The translations under genes were made by a program, and so were the position numbers. Source: an uncultured Saprospiraceae bacterium (GTDB lineage Bacteria; Bacteroidota; Bacteroidia; Chitinophagales; Saprospiraceae). Taken from it: a DNA stretch of 64,000 nt. The stretch lies in assembly GCA_937929835.1 (NCBI GenBank), contig CALFUU010000035.1, positions 10,940-74,939 on the forward strand, in the 5' to 3' direction. This document shows positions 45,572 to 57,152 of this stretch, piece by piece (position 1 is the first letter of the stretch; each line of letters opens with the position of its first letter). The notes under the pieces were generated by a model. The model worked only from the letters and a program-made list of their open reading frames with translations, had not been told where the DNA came from and ran no database searches.

Positions 45572-46849
45572 CTACTTCAATATAGCTTTTCCAGGATAGT
45601 AAGCCATAGAGCCCAGTTCTTCCTCTATCCTCAACAGTTGATTGTACTTCGCCATTCTGTCAGATCTGGAAGCAGAACCTGTCTTAATCTGTCCTGTATT
45701 TAGCGCAACGGCAAGGTCTGCTATAGTTGTATCTTCTGTCTCTCCAGATCTGTGACTCATTACTGAGGTATACTTATGCGCTCTGGCGAGTGAGATGGCA
45801 TCTATGGTTTCTGACAAGGTTCCAATCTGATTCACTTTGATCAGGATACTATTCGCAGCACCGTCCTTGATACCACGTGCTAATTTTTCTGTATTGGTAA
45901 CAAATAAATCGTCGCCAACCAACTGAATTTTATCGCCAGTAGCCGCCGTCAAGTCAGACCACGCTTGCCAGTCATCTTCATCTAGGCCATCCTCAATCGA
46001 GAAAATAGGATATTGCTTTGCCCAATCTGTCCAATATGCAACCATATCAGAAGAGCTTAACTTCTCATTGGTTGACTTATGGAACACATATTTCTTCTTA
46101 GTGTAGAATTCTGAAGCGGCTGCATCCATTGCGATCCACACATCTTTCCCGGCTTTGTATCCGGCCTTGGAGATTGATTTCAAGACAATCTCAATTGCCT
46201 CTTTGTTAGAGCCTATATTGGGTGCGAAGCCACCTTCGTCACCGACATTGGTAGACAGACCTTTAGATTTCAGTACTGATTTGAGCGCATGGAAAATTTC
46301 GACACCCATTTTCAATGCTTGAGTAAAAGTTTCTGCGCCGATAGGCACTACCATAAACTCCTGAAAGTCGATACTGTTATCCGCATGCGAACCTCCATTA
46401 AGGATATTCATCATAGGCACAGGCAGTGTGTGGGCATTGACACCTCCTACATACTTGTATAGTGGCTGTTGCGTCTCGAGCGCTGCTGCTTTGGCTACGG
46501 CTAGTGATACACCGAGTATGGCGTTGGCACCAAGCTTAGCTTTATTACTTGTCCCATCAAGGTCTATCATCAACTTATCGATAGCTCTTTGCTCTTCGAC
46601 TTGGACACCTATGAGCGCACTTCTTAGTTTTTTATTGACATTGGAAATAGCTTTAGAGACACCCTTTCCATTCCAGTGCTTTTTTATGCCATCTCTGAGT
46701 TCCACAGCCTCGTACTTTCCAGTGGAGGCACCAGAAGGAACGGCAGCTCTTCCCAGATATCCATTTTCTGTGATCACATCTACCTCAATAGTTGGATTTC
46801 CTCTCGAATCCAAAATTTGTCTAGCGAATATTTCTCCTATTCTACTCAT
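45572..46849 (-). CDS. eno: enolase (phosphopyruvate hydratase)
   Basis: It begins [19 protein letters not shown] and has the signature [12 protein letters not shown] and SHRSGETED. Confidence 0.98.
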   Translation of the reverse strand: MSRIGEIFARQILDSRGNPTIEVDVITENGYLGRAAVPSGASTGKYEAVELRDGIKKHWNGKGVSKAISNVNKKLRSALIGVQVEEQRAIDKLMIDLDGTSNKAKLGANAILGVSLAVAKAAALETQQPLYKYVGGVNAHTLPVPMMNILNGGSHADNSIDFQEFMVVPIGAETFTQALKMGVEIFHALKSVLKSKGLSTNVGDEGGFAPNIGSNKEAIEIVLKSISKAGYKAGKDVWIAMDAAASEFYTKKKYVFHKSTNEKLSSSDMVAYWTDWAKQYPIFSIEDGLDEDDWQAWSDLTAATGDKIQLVGDDLFVTNTEKLARGIKDGAANSILIKVNQIGTLSETIDAISLARAHKYTSVMSHRSGETEDTTIADLAVALNTGQIKTGSASRSDRMAKYNQLLRIEEELGSMAYYPGKAILK

Positions 46850-47964
46850 ACAGTTACTTGTTTGCTTTTATTCAGCATCTCAATAAAATCGTCGAAAAGA
46901 TATCGAGAGTCGTGTGGTCCAGGAGATGCTTCTGGATGATATTGTACTGAAAAGGCTTGAGTGCCCTTGATTCGTATACCTTCGATTGTATCGTCATTGA
47001 GATTCATATGCGTGATCTCAACCTGGTCATGAGCAGAGATTGCTTCAGGGCTAACACCAAAGCCGTGATTCTGACTCGTCACTTCACATAGACCTGTAAC
47101 CATATTTTTGACAGGGTGATTAATCCCTCTATGACCATTATGCATTTTATAAGTTGGGATACCGTGCGCCAGCGCCAATAATTGATGCCCAAGACAGATA
47201 CCAAACATTGGTTTATCCTCTTTGAGTAAAGTCTTAATCGTTTCTATAGCGTAGTCCATAGAAGCAGGATCGCCAGGACCATTTGAAAGAAAGAATCCAT
47301 CAGGATTATAGGCTAATACTTCCTTAGCTGGCGTCTTCGCTGGGAAGACTTTTACTTTAGCTCCGCGCTTAGTAAAGCAACGAAGAATATTCTTTTTAGT
47401 TCCGAAGTCTAGAACTGCTATTGAGACTTCCGCATCGGCTTTTCCAAGTTCATAAGACTTTTCAGTACTTACTTTGGATGCAAGTTCTAGGCCTTCCATA
47501 GATGGAATCGCTTTGCACTTTTCCTTAAGCACATCAATATCCAGCTCGTCAGTGGAGATAAGACAATTCATCGCTCCTTTATTTCTTATATGCTTGACGA
47601 TAGCTCTTGTATCTACCTGATGGATACAGACAATATTATTCTCCACAAAATAATTCTGGATATTCTTGTCCGCTTGGCTTCGAGAAAACGTCTCAGAAAA
47701 GTTTTTACAAACCAAACCTGCAATTTGAACTTTACCAGATTCTACTTCTGTGTTCTTAGTTCCATAATTGCCTATATGTGCATTAGTTGTGACCAGAACT
47801 TGACCTGCATATGAAGGATCCGTAAAAATCTCTTGATAACCAGTCATTCCTGTATTGAAACAAAGCTCACCAGTACCGATACCTTTTATACCTGCAGCTT
47901 TTCCTTTGAAGTATGTGCCGTCTTCTAGTAGAAGCACAGCATTTTGGAGTTGAGTCTCTGACAT
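46846..47964 (-). CDS. carA: carbamoyl-phosphate synthase small (glutaminase) subunit
   Basis: It has the GATase triad context GICLGHQ and VQYHPE. Its stop overlaps the eno ATG by 4 nt. No carB is adjacent. Confidence 0.95.
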   Translation of the reverse strand: MSETQLQNAVLLLEDGTYFKGKAAGIKGIGTGELCFNTGMTGYQEIFTDPSYAGQVLVTTNAHIGNYGTKNTEVESGKVQIAGLVCKNFSETFSRSQADKNIQNYFVENNIVCIHQVDTRAIVKHIRNKGAMNCLISTDELDIDVLKEKCKAIPSMEGLELASKVSTEKSYELGKADAEVSIAVLDFGTKKNILRCFTKRGAKVKVFPAKTPAKEVLAYNPDGFFLSNGPGDPASMDYAIETIKTLLKEDKPMFGICLGHQLLALAHGIPTYKMHNGHRGINHPVKNMVTGLCEVTSQNHGFGVSPEAISAHDQVEITHMNLNDDTIEGIRIKGTQAFSVQYHPEASPGPHDSRYLFDDFIEMLNKSKQVTV

Positions 47965-48054
47965 TACTAAATTTAACTTGGCTCAAATATAAGCAATGAG
48001 TATCATATGATATTCAACAATAGAAAACCACCCTTTAATGATGTTTCTGTTATT

Positions 48055-48090
48055 AAAAAAAAGCAGGACATAAAAATTATGCCCTGCTTT
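48055..48090 (-). terminator. intrinsic terminator ending the ribosomal alpha operon (after rplQ)
   Basis: On the minus strand AAAGCAGGGCAT-aattttt-ATGTCCTGCTTT is followed by TTTTT. It lies 37 nt after the rplQ stop. Confidence 0.7.
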
Positions 48091-48126
48091 ATATCTGAAA
48101 GATCCATTAATAAATGAATGCTATTT

Positions 48127-48600
48127 CTATTCTTCTTCTTGTGCAGCAGCTGTTGTAGCTGCAGCTGCACCGGCCTTCTTCTTACCGCCTCTTCTTCTTC
48201 TAGAACCACCTTTCTTAGCACCCTTACTGTTCGTATAGATGTCATTGAAATCTACTAATTCTATCATAGCCATTTCTGCACCATCACCCTTTCTGAATCC
48301 AGTCTTGATGACTCTGGTGTATCCACCTGGTCTACCAGCTACTTTCGGTGATACATTTGAAAACAACTCTGTCACCGCATACTTATTCTGCAAGTAACTG
48401 AATACAGTCCTTCTAGAGTGCTGTGTATCGGTTTTAGATCTAGTGATTAAAGGCTCTACATAAACTCTGAGCGCTTTGGCCTTAGCCAAGGTAGTATTGA
48501 TTCTTTTGTGCTCTATAAGCGCAATAGACAAGTTTCTGAGAAGAGCTCTTCTGTGCCCTTTCTGTCTACCTAAGTGGTTAAATTTCTTTCCGTGTCTCAT
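48127..48600 (-). CDS. rplQ: 50S ribosomal protein L17 (with basic/Ala-rich C-terminal tail)
   Basis: It begins [24 protein letters not shown]. The roughly 35-aa tail [27 protein letters not shown] extends beyond the usual L17 length. Confidence 0.97.
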   Translation of the reverse strand: MRHGKKFNHLGRQKGHRRALLRNLSIALIEHKRINTTLAKAKALRVYVEPLITRSKTDTQHSRRTVFSYLQNKYAVTELFSNVSPKVAGRPGGYTRVIKTGFRKGDGAEMAMIELVDFNDIYTNSKGAKKGGSRRRRGGKKKAGAAAATTAAAQEEE

Positions 48601-48731
48601 AGCGGAATATTAAGTTATATCACTGCTTCTTGGAACTCTAATCGACCTGTAACTAGATCAAAAGCGGTTAATATGATTATTAATAAGGATCCGAGTTATC
48701 GGGTCGATACGATCCTATTTTTTCTTACTTC

Positions 48732-49730
48732 TTACTCTTCGTCCAACTTATACTTAGAGAGGTCCATCCCAAAGGTTAGTCCTTTGTTCTGTAATAACTC
48801 CTCTATCTCCACCAATGATTTCTTACCGAAGTTTCTGAACTTCAATAACTCATTAGTATCGTACTTGACCATCTCACCTAGAGAGTTGATCTTTGCTGCT
48901 TTCAGGCAGTTGTATGCTCTTACTGAAAGATCTAAATCCTCAAGAGGAGTCTTCAGTAACTTACGCATATGTAGAATGTGCTCATCTACGATATCATCTT
49001 CTCTGCTCTTTTCTGTTTCGAACGTAATGTTCTCATCAGTGACGAGCATCAGATGTTGTATTAATATCCTAGAGGCTTCCTTTATAGCGTCTTCAGGATG
49101 GATCGTACCATCTGTTTTGATATCTATATTGAGTTTCTCGTAATCTGTTCTTTGGCCTACCCTTGTGTTTTCAATCTTGTAAGCCACGTTTTTGATAGGT
49201 GTATAGATTGCATCTACTGGAATGACTCCAATCGGTGCATCTTTAGGAAGAGTTTCTCCCGCAGAAACATAACCTCTTCCTTTTGTCACTGTTAACTCTA
49301 TTTCAAGGTTAACTGATTTTTCCATTTTACATACAACCAACTCAGGGTTCATAACCTTGAATACATTTGTATGTGCTTCTATGTCAGCAGCAGTCAGTTT
49401 GTCCTTGCCACTAATTGTAAGATAGATCTTCTCGCTTTCAGAATCAGGAGCATCGCCTTCCGGCTTTAACCTAACTTGCTTAAGGTTGAGAATGATATCT
49501 ACAACGTCTTCGTATACACCTTTGATAGACGAAAACTCATGATCAACACCTGCAATTCTGATCGCAGAGATAGCGTAACCTTCTAGTGAAGAAAGTAAAA
49601 CTCTTCTTAATGAGTTTCCAATTGTTTGTCCAAATCCAGGCTCTAAAGGCTTAAATTCAAAAGAGCCATCAAAGTCATCCGCCTTGGTGAGAAGAATTTT
49701 ATTAGGTCTTTGAAAGTTTAAGATACTCAT
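48732..49730 (-). CDS. rpoA: DNA-directed RNA polymerase subunit alpha
   Basis: 332 aa. The N-terminal domain has LEPGFGQTIGNSLRRVLLSS. The C-terminal domain has LDLSVRAYNCLK...NFGKKSL. Confidence 0.98.
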   Translation of the reverse strand: MSILNFQRPNKILLTKADDFDGSFEFKPLEPGFGQTIGNSLRRVLLSSLEGYAISAIRIAGVDHEFSSIKGVYEDVVDIILNLKQVRLKPEGDAPDSESEKIYLTISGKDKLTAADIEAHTNVFKVMNPELVVCKMEKSVNLEIELTVTKGRGYVSAGETLPKDAPIGVIPVDAIYTPIKNVAYKIENTRVGQRTDYEKLNIDIKTDGTIHPEDAIKEASRILIQHLMLVTDENITFETEKSREDDIVDEHILHMRKLLKTPLEDLDLSVRAYNCLKAAKINSLGEMVKYDTNELLKFRNFGKKSLVEIEELLQNKGLTFGMDLSKYKLDEE

Positions 49731-49789
49731 ATGTTGTGGTTGCGATAATTGATTAAAGGAAAGAGAAATAGGCGTAAGTAATCTACCTA

Positions 49790-50404
49790 TTACTTAGAGT
49801 ACAATTCTACAATCAACTGTTCGTTAATGTTTTCTGGAATACTCTCTCTATTAGGGTATTCTAAAAATGTACCTTCCATTCTTTCTGGGTTCCACTCCAT
49901 CCAAGAAGCTTTTCTTGCTGTTGCAGAAGCAGATCCGACCGCATTCTGGACGATTTCAAGATTTCTTGATTTATTTCTTATCGAAATGACGTCACCTGGC
50001 TTGATATGACAAGATGGAACATTTGTCAATATGCCGTTGACTAGCACGTGCTTGTGAGAAACCAATTGTCTCGCTGCCCTTCTTGTTGGAGCCAAGCCTA
50101 ATCTATAAACAGAGTTATCTAATCTAGCCTCTAGATACTGCAAAAGAATCTCACCTGTTACACCAGACTTTCTAGCGGCTTTCTCGAACAAGTTTCTAAA
50201 CTGTCTTTCTAGCACACCGTAAGTGTACTTTGCCTTTTGCTTTTCTAATAGTTGAACAGCATAGTCAGACTTTTGCTTTCTTCTTCTACCACCGCCATGT
50301 TGGCCTGGTGGATACTTTCTCCTTTCAAATGCTTTGTCAGGACCGTAGATGGCCTCTCCAAATTTTCTTGCAATCTTAGTAGTTGGTCCAGTATATCTAG
50401 CCAT
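49790..50404 (-). CDS. rpsD: 30S ribosomal protein S4
   Basis: It begins [17 protein letters not shown] and contains an S4 RNA-binding domain. Its operon position fits. Confidence 0.98.
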   Translation of the reverse strand: MARYTGPTTKIARKFGEAIYGPDKAFERRKYPPGQHGGGRRRKQKSDYAVQLLEKQKAKYTYGVLERQFRNLFEKAARKSGVTGEILLQYLEARLDNSVYRLGLAPTRRAARQLVSHKHVLVNGILTNVPSCHIKPGDVISIRNKSRNLEIVQNAVGSASATARKASWMEWNPERMEGTFLEYPNRESIPENINEQLIVELYSK

Positions 50405-50440
50405 TAATCTTCTCTTTAAGTGCTTGGGTTATTAGATTTA

Positions 50441-50827
50441 TTAGACTCTTCTTCTCTTAGGCGGTCTACAGCCATTGTGAGGAATAGGCGTGACGTCTTT
50501 GATTCTTGTGACTTTGATGCCTATCTCATCGATAGCTCTAATCGCAGCCTCTCTTCCAGAACCAGGACCCTTTACATAAACCTCTGCATATCTCATACCT
50601 GCATCATAAGCGGTCTGAGCTGCATCCTTTGCTGCTATCTGCGCTGCGAAAGGCGTATTTTTCTTAGATCCTCTAAATCCAGCCTTACCAGCTGAAGCCC
50701 AAGAGATTACCTGACCTTGCTTGTTGGTAAGAGATATGATGATATTGTTGAAACTAGCTTTGATATAAGCTAGACCTTCCGGCTCAACGTTTACTTTTCT
50801 TTTCTTTGCTTTTTTAGCCTTTGCCAT
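50441..50827 (-). CDS. rpsK: 30S ribosomal protein S11
   Basis: It has the [13 protein letters not shown] and [18 protein letters not shown] motifs. Confidence 0.98.
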   Translation of the reverse strand: MAKAKKAKKRKVNVEPEGLAYIKASFNNIIISLTNKQGQVISWASAGKAGFRGSKKNTPFAAQIAAKDAAQTAYDAGMRYAEVYVKGPGSGREAAIRAIDEIGIKVTRIKDVTPIPHNGCRPPKRRRV

Positions 50828-50839
50828 AGTCTAACCTAT

Positions 50840-51217
50840 TTATTTAGTTGCTTTCTTTTTGTTGGCAACTGTTTTCTTCTTTCCTTTTCTAGTTCTAGCG
50901 TTTGTCTGAGTTCGCTGCCCTCTTACAGGTAGGCCTCTTCTGTGTCTCAACCCTCTGTAACAAGCGATGTCCATCAATCTCTTGATGTTCGTCTGTACTT
51001 CAGATCTCAACTCACCTTCTACTAATATTTCATCCTGGATATGCTTAGATATCTGCTTGATGTTTTCATCAGTCCAGTCATTGACCTTCGTGTTATAATC
51101 TACACCAACTGTATCTAATATCTTCTTAGCACGTGTGTTGCCTACTCCATATATATATGTGAGACTGATACATCCACGCTTATTTTTCGGCAAATCTACG
51201 CCTGCAATCCTAGCCAT
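50840..51217 (-). CDS. rpsM: 30S ribosomal protein S13
   Basis: It begins [14 protein letters not shown] and has [16 protein letters not shown]. Confidence 0.98.
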   Translation of the reverse strand: MARIAGVDLPKNKRGCISLTYIYGVGNTRAKKILDTVGVDYNTKVNDWTDENIKQISKHIQDEILVEGELRSEVQTNIKRLMDIACYRGLRHRRGLPVRGQRTQTNARTRKGKKKTVANKKKATK

Positions 51218-51220
51218 ATC

Positions 51221-51337
51221 TTATCCTTGTCTTTGTTTGAACTTAGGGTTCTTCTTATTAATGATGTAGAGCTTCCCCTTTCTTCTAACGATCTTGCAAT
51301 CAGCAGATCTCTTCTTTATGGATGCTTTTACTTTCAT
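51221..51337 (-). CDS. rpmJ: 50S ribosomal protein L36 (not in the supplied ORF track; <60 aa)
   Basis: The minus-strand translation is [38 protein letters not shown], 38 aa. It lies between infA and rpsM, as expected. Confidence 0.95.
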   Translation of the reverse strand: MKVKASIKKRSADCKIVRRKGKLYIINKKNPKFKQRQG

Positions 51338-51339
51338 AG

Positions 51340-51558
51340 TTATTTATATCTATAGGTTATTCTTCCCCTTGTGAGATCATAAGGAGACATCTCAACGGCA
51401 ACTTTATCACCAGGTAAGATTCGAATATAATGCATCCTCATCTTACCAGATATGGTAGCGACGATAAGGTGATCATTCTCGAGTTTTACTCTAAACATTG
51501 CATTGGATAAAGCCTCTTCTATGACTCCATCTTGAGCAATTAGGTTCTTTTTTGCCAT
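51340..51558 (-). CDS. infA: translation initiation factor IF-1
   Basis: 72 aa with an S1-like fold: [31 protein letters not shown]...GDKV. Confidence 0.97.
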   Translation of the reverse strand: MAKKNLIAQDGVIEEALSNAMFRVKLENDHLIVATISGKMRMHYIRILPGDKVAVEMSPYDLTRGRITYRYK

Positions 51559-51582
51559 TTTAAATTTTCGGAGTGCAAATAT

Positions 51583-52389
51583 CTATTTTTCTAGCGAAAT
51601 ATTCCTGATTTCAGGATTATTTTTTATAACCTCAGTTATCAAGTTATGATCTGACAATATATCAGGTCCTTCCTTGGTCACTGCTATTGTATGTTCGTAA
51701 TGCGCAGACGGCATTTTATCTTTAGTGATAATAGTCCAGCCATCATCTGACTGCTTCACGCCTTTGACTCCGAGATTGATCATCGGCTCTATAGCTATAA
51801 CCAACCCCTCTCTCAACTTGGGCCCACGCCCTCTTTTTCCAAAGTTAGGGACCTCTGGTGCTTCGTGTAAGTTCTCTCCTATCCCATGACCTACCAACTC
51901 CCTTACCACGCTATAATTTCGGTCTTCGTTATACTTCTGAATAGCATAACTAATATCTCCGATTCTTTTCCCTATTTCAGCTTGCGCTATGCCCTCATAT
52001 AATGATTCCTGCGTCGTGACCAGCAACTCCATCGTCTTATCAGAAACACCACCCATAGCGAACGTAAAAGCACTATCACCATAAAAGCCATTCATAAAAG
52101 AACCACAATCTATACTTAGGATATCTTCCTCTTGAAACTCTAAGTCCTTTGGAATACCGTGGACAACACCTTCGTTTGGCGAGATACATAAAGTACCTGG
52201 AAACCCCCTATAGCCCTTAAATCCAGGCTTGGCGTTATGATCCAAAATAAACTCCTCAGCAGCTTTATCTATTTGCTTGCCCGTTACACCAGGCTTAAGA
52301 ATAGATGCTACATGCGCTAAGGTTTTAGAGACGAGTAGGCAGCTCTGCCTTATGTGCTCAATATCTTCAGGAGTTTTGTAAACGATCAT
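51583..52389 (-). CDS. map: type I methionine aminopeptidase
   Basis: It has GVVHGIP, the metal ligands in ILSIDCG, and GHGIG and EPM. Its start overlaps the secY stop by 1 nt. Confidence 0.96.
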   Translation of the reverse strand: MIVYKTPEDIEHIRQSCLLVSKTLAHVASILKPGVTGKQIDKAAEEFILDHNAKPGFKGYRGFPGTLCISPNEGVVHGIPKDLEFQEEDILSIDCGSFMNGFYGDSAFTFAMGGVSDKTMELLVTTQESLYEGIAQAEIGKRIGDISYAIQKYNEDRNYSVVRELVGHGIGENLHEAPEVPNFGKRGRGPKLREGLVIAIEPMINLGVKGVKQSDDGWTIITKDKMPSAHYEHTIAVTKEGPDILSDHNLITEVIKNNPEIRNISLEK

Positions 52390-53750
52390 TACATACCTGC
52401 TCCTATGGCCTGCATACCGCTTCTACCCTTGATTCTACCAGACTTAACGAGACCATCGTACTTTCTCATTAATAAGTAACTTTCTATTTGTTGTAGTGTA
52501 TCCAATACAACGGCTACAAGGATAAGAAGAGATGTTCCACCAAAAAATAATGCAAAAGCATCATTAACACCAAATGCAGCGATAATTGCTGGAAGTATGG
52601 AAATCAAACCAAGGAAAATAGAACCAGGTAAAGTCACTCGCGTTGTCAGACTATCTATGTAGTCCTGCGTGTTTTTACCAGGCTTGATTCCTGGAATGAA
52701 AGCATTTTGTCTTTTCAAGTATTCCGCATATTGCTGCGGATTAACAAGTAGCGCAGTATACACATAAGTAAATATGACTACAAGCAAGAAGAATATAACG
52801 TTGTAAGGAATAGACTTCCAATCACTCAAACTCAAAAGGAAATCTCCCGGTGTTCCGCCCCTACTCACCCACTGAGCGATAGTAACTGGCAAGAACATTA
52901 TAGCTTGAGCAAATATGATTGGCATAACTCCTGATGCATTGACTTTTAATGGAATAAAATCCCTAGCACCAGCTTGTGGTAAATTGGATTCCGTACGACC
53001 AACCATTCGCTTTGCAAATTGAATAGGTATACGTCTCACACCTTGTACAATCAATACAGTTGCTAGTACAACAAAGAATAATACAGCAAACTCGAGTATC
53101 AATAAGAACCCTCCACTACCATTGAACTGAGAAATAACTTCAGTGGCAAATGATCTTGGTAAGGTGGCAATGATACCTATCGTAATTAGTAATGATACTC
53201 CATTACCGATTCCTCTATCTGTAATCTTTTCTCCCAACCACATAGCGAATATAGTACCTGCGGATAAGATGACGATGTTACTGAACCAAAAGACAGTCGG
53301 ACTTAAAGACTCGTGCACTGCACCTGGAGTTGAGCTTAGGTAGGTCAAATATCCACCACCTTGTACAAGTGTAATGAATACAGTTAATATCCTTGTTATC
53401 TGTGTAATTTTCTTTCTTCCTGACTCACCTTCTTTTTGTTGGAGCTTCTGGAAGTATGGTACTGCAAAGCCCAGTAACTGGACGATGATAGATGCCGTTA
53501 TATAAGGCATTATACCTAGTGCAAAGATTGCTGCTTGATTGAAGGCCCCACCCGTAAAGGTGTTAATTAGACCGAGCAAAGAATTATCTTGATTACTAAG
53601 CGAAGACTGCAGGGCTTCTGAGTTAACACCTGGCAATACTATGAAAGAACCTATTCTGTAAACTGCTAAAAGAGCTAACGTAAAGAGGATTCTTTGCTTT
53701 AGCTCTTTTATTTTCCAGATGTTCTGAAGAGTCTCAATAAACTTATTCAT
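52389..53750 (-). CDS. secY: preprotein translocase subunit SecY
   Basis: 453 aa with 10 TM helices and the blocks FALGIMPYITASII, GEKITDRGIGNGVSL and LMRKY. Confidence 0.98.
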   Translation of the reverse strand: MNKFIETLQNIWKIKELKQRILFTLALLAVYRIGSFIVLPGVNSEALQSSLSNQDNSLLGLINTFTGGAFNQAAIFALGIMPYITASIIVQLLGFAVPYFQKLQQKEGESGRKKITQITRILTVFITLVQGGGYLTYLSSTPGAVHESLSPTVFWFSNIVILSAGTIFAMWLGEKITDRGIGNGVSLLITIGIIATLPRSFATEVISQFNGSGGFLLILEFAVLFFVVLATVLIVQGVRRIPIQFAKRMVGRTESNLPQAGARDFIPLKVNASGVMPIIFAQAIMFLPVTIAQWVSRGGTPGDFLLSLSDWKSIPYNVIFFLLVVIFTYVYTALLVNPQQYAEYLKRQNAFIPGIKPGKNTQDYIDSLTTRVTLPGSIFLGLISILPAIIAAFGVNDAFALFFGGTSLLILVAVVLDTLQQIESYLLMRKYDGLVKSGRIKGRSGMQAIGAGM

Positions 53751-53759
53751 TATCCGATT

Positions 53760-54206
53760 TTAAAGTAGAGTAACTGAACCGCCTTTTGCTTCTATAGCTG
53801 CTTTGGCTTTTTCAGAGATAGCGTGAACTTTGACATTAACAGTAGAGGTTAATTCACCGTTAGCCAATACTTTGATTTTTTCACCTTTCTTGATGATTCT
53901 CTTTTCATAAAGAGCTTCTACAGAAACATCAGCAAGACCATACTTGTCTTTTATTTCTTGAAGTCTTGCAAGATTAAGAGCGGTGTAGTTGACCCTATTG
54001 GGGTTTTTGAAACCTCTTTTAGGCAATCTCATCTGCAACGGCATCTGACCACCCTCAAAGGCTCTCTTACTACTCCATCCAGATCTAGACTTGGCACCTT
54101 TGTGACCTCTCGTAGAGGTACCACCGTGACCAGAACCCTGACCTCTTGCTATTCTTTTCTTTCGCTTTACAGAACCTTTAGCAGGTTTTAAATTATGCAG
54201 TTCCAT
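53760..54206 (-). CDS. rplO: 50S ribosomal protein L15
   Basis: It has the LKPAKGS...RIARGQGSGHGGTSTRGHKG motif. Confidence 0.97.
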   Translation of the reverse strand: MELHNLKPAKGSVKRKKRIARGQGSGHGGTSTRGHKGAKSRSGWSSKRAFEGGQMPLQMRLPKRGFKNPNRVNYTALNLARLQEIKDKYGLADVSVEALYEKRIIKKGEKIKVLANGELTSTVNVKVHAISEKAKAAIEAKGGSVTLL

Positions 54207-54234
54207 TATATGGTATTTCTATCTTCTATTTAAA

Positions 54235-54414
54235 TTAAGCCTCTTCCACTTGGAGGAGATGCTTTACCTTATTAACCATCCCCATAATCTGAGGAGTGGC
54301 TTCTTTTTCTACAGTTTGATTCATCTTTCTCAAACCTAGAGCCTTCATAGTTTCTTTCTGTCTCTTAGGACGATCTATGATACTCTTTACTTGTGTTAAT
54401 CTAATCTTGCCCAT
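54235..54414 (-). CDS. rpmD: 50S ribosomal protein L30
   Basis: I prefer the ATG at 54414 (MGKIRLTQVKSIIDRPKRQKETMKALGL). The longer ORF would overlap the rpsE 3' end. Confidence 0.95.
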   Translation of the reverse strand: MGKIRLTQVKSIIDRPKRQKETMKALGLRKMNQTVEKEATPQIMGMVNKVKHLLQVEEA

Positions 54415-54418
54415 AGTC

Positions 54419-54958
54419 TTATCCTTCAAATAGTTTTTCTAAAGTAATACCACGTGCTTTCGCTATGTCGTGAGGACTTCTCAATTTCTTGAGAGCATCA
54501 ATAGTTGCTTTCACAACATTGTGTGGATTTGATGAGCCCTGAGACTTTGCCAATACATTTTGTACACCAGCACTTTCTAATACAGCTCTCATTGCTCCTC
54601 CTGCAATAACCCCTGTACCATCTGCGGCAGGCTTTATGAGTACTTTTCCAGCACCATACTTACCCTTTTGCTCGTGGGGGATCGTTCCTTTTATGATAGG
54701 CACTTGGACAAGATTCTTACGTGCATCATCTACTGCCTTAGCAATACACTCTTGTACGTCTCTTGCTTTACCAAGACCATAACCAACTTTTCCCTTAGCG
54801 TCCCCAAGAACAACCAGTGCTGAAAAACTGAACGTACGTCCACCCTTCGTTACTTTTGCTACTCTATTGAGACTTACTAATTTGTCTTTTAAGTCAGAAG
54901 TATCAGCAGCTTTTTCCTTGCCTCTTCCACCTCTGTTGTTGCTATTTCTTTGAGCCAT
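54419..54958 (-). CDS. rpsE: 30S ribosomal protein S5
   Basis: It has [23 protein letters not shown] and [15 protein letters not shown]. Confidence 0.98.
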   Translation of the reverse strand: MAQRNSNNRGGRGKEKAADTSDLKDKLVSLNRVAKVTKGGRTFSFSALVVLGDAKGKVGYGLGKARDVQECIAKAVDDARKNLVQVPIIKGTIPHEQKGKYGAGKVLIKPAADGTGVIAGGAMRAVLESAGVQNVLAKSQGSSNPHNVVKATIDALKKLRSPHDIAKARGITLEKLFEG

Positions 54959-54975
54959 AATTCTTGCTTATCGGA

Positions 54976-55311
54976 TTAAAATGAAAGACCTCCTTCTCTA
55001 GCACCTTCCGCTAGGGCCTTCACTCGTCCGTGATATAAATTACCGCCTCTATCAAAGACGACCTTATCTATGTTCTTTCCTTTTGCCTTTTCAGCGATCA
55101 ATTGACCTACTTTCTTAGCACCGTCAGCACCTATGCCTCCCGCTACTTTAGAATTAGCATCAGCCAAGGTTACTCGGTTTACATCATCAATCAATTGACA
55201 ATAGATGTACTTGTTAGATCTGAAGACTGAAAGTCTTGGAATATCAGCAGTTCCAGAAATCTTCTTTCTGGTTCTCATTCTGATTTTAGTCTTGTTAGTT
55301 AGTTTACGCAT
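54976..55311 (-). CDS. rplR: 50S ribosomal protein L18
   Basis: It has [19 protein letters not shown] and [24 protein letters not shown]. Confidence 0.97.
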   Translation of the reverse strand: MRKLTNKTKIRMRTRKKISGTADIPRLSVFRSNKYIYCQLIDDVNRVTLADANSKVAGGIGADGAKKVGQLIAEKAKGKNIDKVVFDRGGNLYHGRVKALAEGAREGGLSF

Positions 55312-55323
55312 AACTATTTATGA

Positions 55324-55878
55324 TTAAGCTCCAGCTGTCTTACCAGCTTTTCTTCTAATTTCTTCTCCTTTAAATCTGACACCTTTACCCTTGTAAGGCT
55401 CTATTTTTCTAAAGGCTCTAATTTTTGCTGCAATCTGTCCGATCAATTGGTTATCATGACTAGTCAAGATGATTGTCGGAGGTGCCCCCTTTTCCATCTT
55501 AGCTTCTACTTTAACCTCATCAGGCACTGCAAAAAATATCGGGTGAGAATAACCTAGAGTCAACTCTAACAGGTTACCTGTATTTGAAACTCTGTAACCT
55601 ACACCTACTAACTCAAGAGTTTTAGTCCATCCTTCCGATACACCAAGAACCATATTATTAATCAATGATCTATTAAGACCATGGACTGATTTGTGTCGCT
55701 TCTGCTCTGTAGGTCTACTGATGTTCAATACACCATCCTCGATCCCTAAAGTAAGGTCGTGATCACACTGTTGTTTTAATTCACCCTTTGGACCTTTTAC
55801 AGTCACTAGATTACCCTTAGAGATGTCAATTGTGACGCCTTTTGGTATTGTAATCGGTGCTTTTCCTATTCTAGACAT
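55324..55878 (-). CDS. rplF: 50S ribosomal protein L6
   Basis: It begins MSRIGKAPITIPKGV and has PYKGKGVRF. Confidence 0.98.
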   Translation of the reverse strand: MSRIGKAPITIPKGVTIDISKGNLVTVKGPKGELKQQCDHDLTLGIEDGVLNISRPTEQKRHKSVHGLNRSLINNMVLGVSEGWTKTLELVGVGYRVSNTGNLLELTLGYSHPIFFAVPDEVKVEAKMEKGAPPTIILTSHDNQLIGQIAAKIRAFRKIEPYKGKGVRFKGEEIRRKAGKTAGA

Positions 55879-55887
55879 CTTTATTGA

Positions 55888-56289
55888 TTAGTATACGTAA
55901 CAAATAAGTTCTCCACCCACGTGCTCTTTCTTCGCTTGCTTGTCCGTCATCACACCTTTGGACGTGGAAATAATATTAATGCCAAGACCGTTGATAGCTC
56001 TAGGTATCTCACCTGCTTTTGAGTATCGTCTTAGACCTGGGGTACTTAGTCTCCCTAACTTCTGTATAATAGGTAGCTTAGTCTTACTATCGTACTTCAA
56101 GGCAATCTTGATTATACCTTGCTTGCCTTCATCTTCGGCAAACTTATACTTAAGGATGAAGCCTTGATCGTAGAGTATTTCTGTAATACTCTTCTTCATT
56201 TTAGACATTGGAATCTCTACAATCCTGTGTCTAGCTTGCTGAGCATTTCTAATCCTAGTTAGGTAATCCGCTATTGAATCTGTAACCAT
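55888..56289 (-). CDS. rpsH: 30S ribosomal protein S8
   Basis: It has TDSIADYLTRIRNA and a GGELICYVY C-terminus. Confidence 0.98.
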   Translation of the reverse strand: MVTDSIADYLTRIRNAQQARHRIVEIPMSKMKKSITEILYDQGFILKYKFAEDEGKQGIIKIALKYDSKTKLPIIQKLGRLSTPGLRRYSKAGEIPRAINGLGINIISTSKGVMTDKQAKKEHVGGELICYVY

Positions 56290-56316
56290 TGTATTTCTTG
56301 TTTTATAGTATTGGGT

Positions 56317-56586
56317 CTACCAACTCGATTTAGTTAATCCAGGAATCTTACCTTCTAGGGCCATCTTTCTGAATGTCACTCTATTGATTCCAAATTTTCT
56401 CATATAACCCTTAGGTCTTCCAGTCAACTTACATCTATTGTGTAATCTGATTTTACAAGAATTCTTAGGCAGTTTATCCAACGCATCCCAATCTCCAGCT
56501 TCCTTCAGTGCCTTACGCTTTGCAGCATATTTCTCGACAAGCTTTCTACGCTTCTCTTCTCTTGCTATGATTGCTTTTCTAGCCAT
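56317..56586 (-). CDS. rpsN: 30S ribosomal protein S14 (long, non-zinc form)
   Basis: 89 aa with [39 protein letters not shown]. Confidence 0.97.
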   Translation of the reverse strand: MARKAIIAREEKRRKLVEKYAAKRKALKEAGDWDALDKLPKNSCKIRLHNRCKLTGRPKGYMRKFGINRVTFRKMALEGKIPGLTKSSW

Positions 56587-56594
56587 AGTCCTTA

Positions 56595-57152
56595 TTAATT
56601 TCTTTGGTTCTTAAACGGCATACCAAGAAGCTTAAGAAGCTCTAGTGCCTCTGCATCCGTGTTTGCTGTTGTAACAAAATTGATGTCCATACCTGTTATC
56701 TTAGGTATAGAATCGATGTTGATCTCAGGAAAGATGATTTGTTCCTTTATGCCTAAAGAGTAGTTACCTCTACCATCAAAACTCTTATCACTTATACCTC
56801 TAAAGTCTCTTACCCTTGGTAACGCTACAGAAATCAATCTATCTAAGAAATCCCACATCTTCTCTTTACGCAAAGTCACCTTCGCACCGATAGGCATGCC
56901 TTCTCTTAACTTAAAGTTCGATACAGACTTCGATGCTATAGTTGCTACCGCTTTCTGTCCAGCTATGATAGTCATTTCTTTCAATGCATTCTCAACCAAC
57001 TTCTTATCCTGAGTGGCTAGACCTACACCTTGATTGATTGCAATCTTAGTGAGCTTAGGCACCTGCATCGAAGACTTATAGTTAAATGTCTCTATGAGTT
57101 TAGGGACAACTTCGTCCTTGTATTTGGTATTTAATCTTGGTATGTAACTCAT
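56595..57152 (-). CDS. rplE: 50S ribosomal protein L5
   Basis: It has [14 protein letters not shown] and RDFRGIS...[14 protein letters not shown]. Confidence 0.98.
   Translation of the reverse strand: MSYIPRLNTKYKDEVVPKLIETFNYKSSMQVPKLTKIAINQGVGLATQDKKLVENALKEMTIIAGQKAVATIASKSVSNFKLREGMPIGAKVTLRKEKMWDFLDRLISVALPRVRDFRGISDKSFDGRGNYSLGIKEQIIFPEINIDSIPKITGMDINFVTTANTDAEALELLKLLGMPFKNQRN

Noticed and set aside
44325-49295. Several long antisense ORFs lie inside sucD, eno, carA and rpoA, for example 44708-45199, 46428-46886 and 48574-49143.
   Set aside because: Each lies opposite a highly conserved housekeeping gene whose identity is unambiguous. Their translations are low-complexity (S/L/I/P-rich). 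These are typical frame-shadow artefacts.
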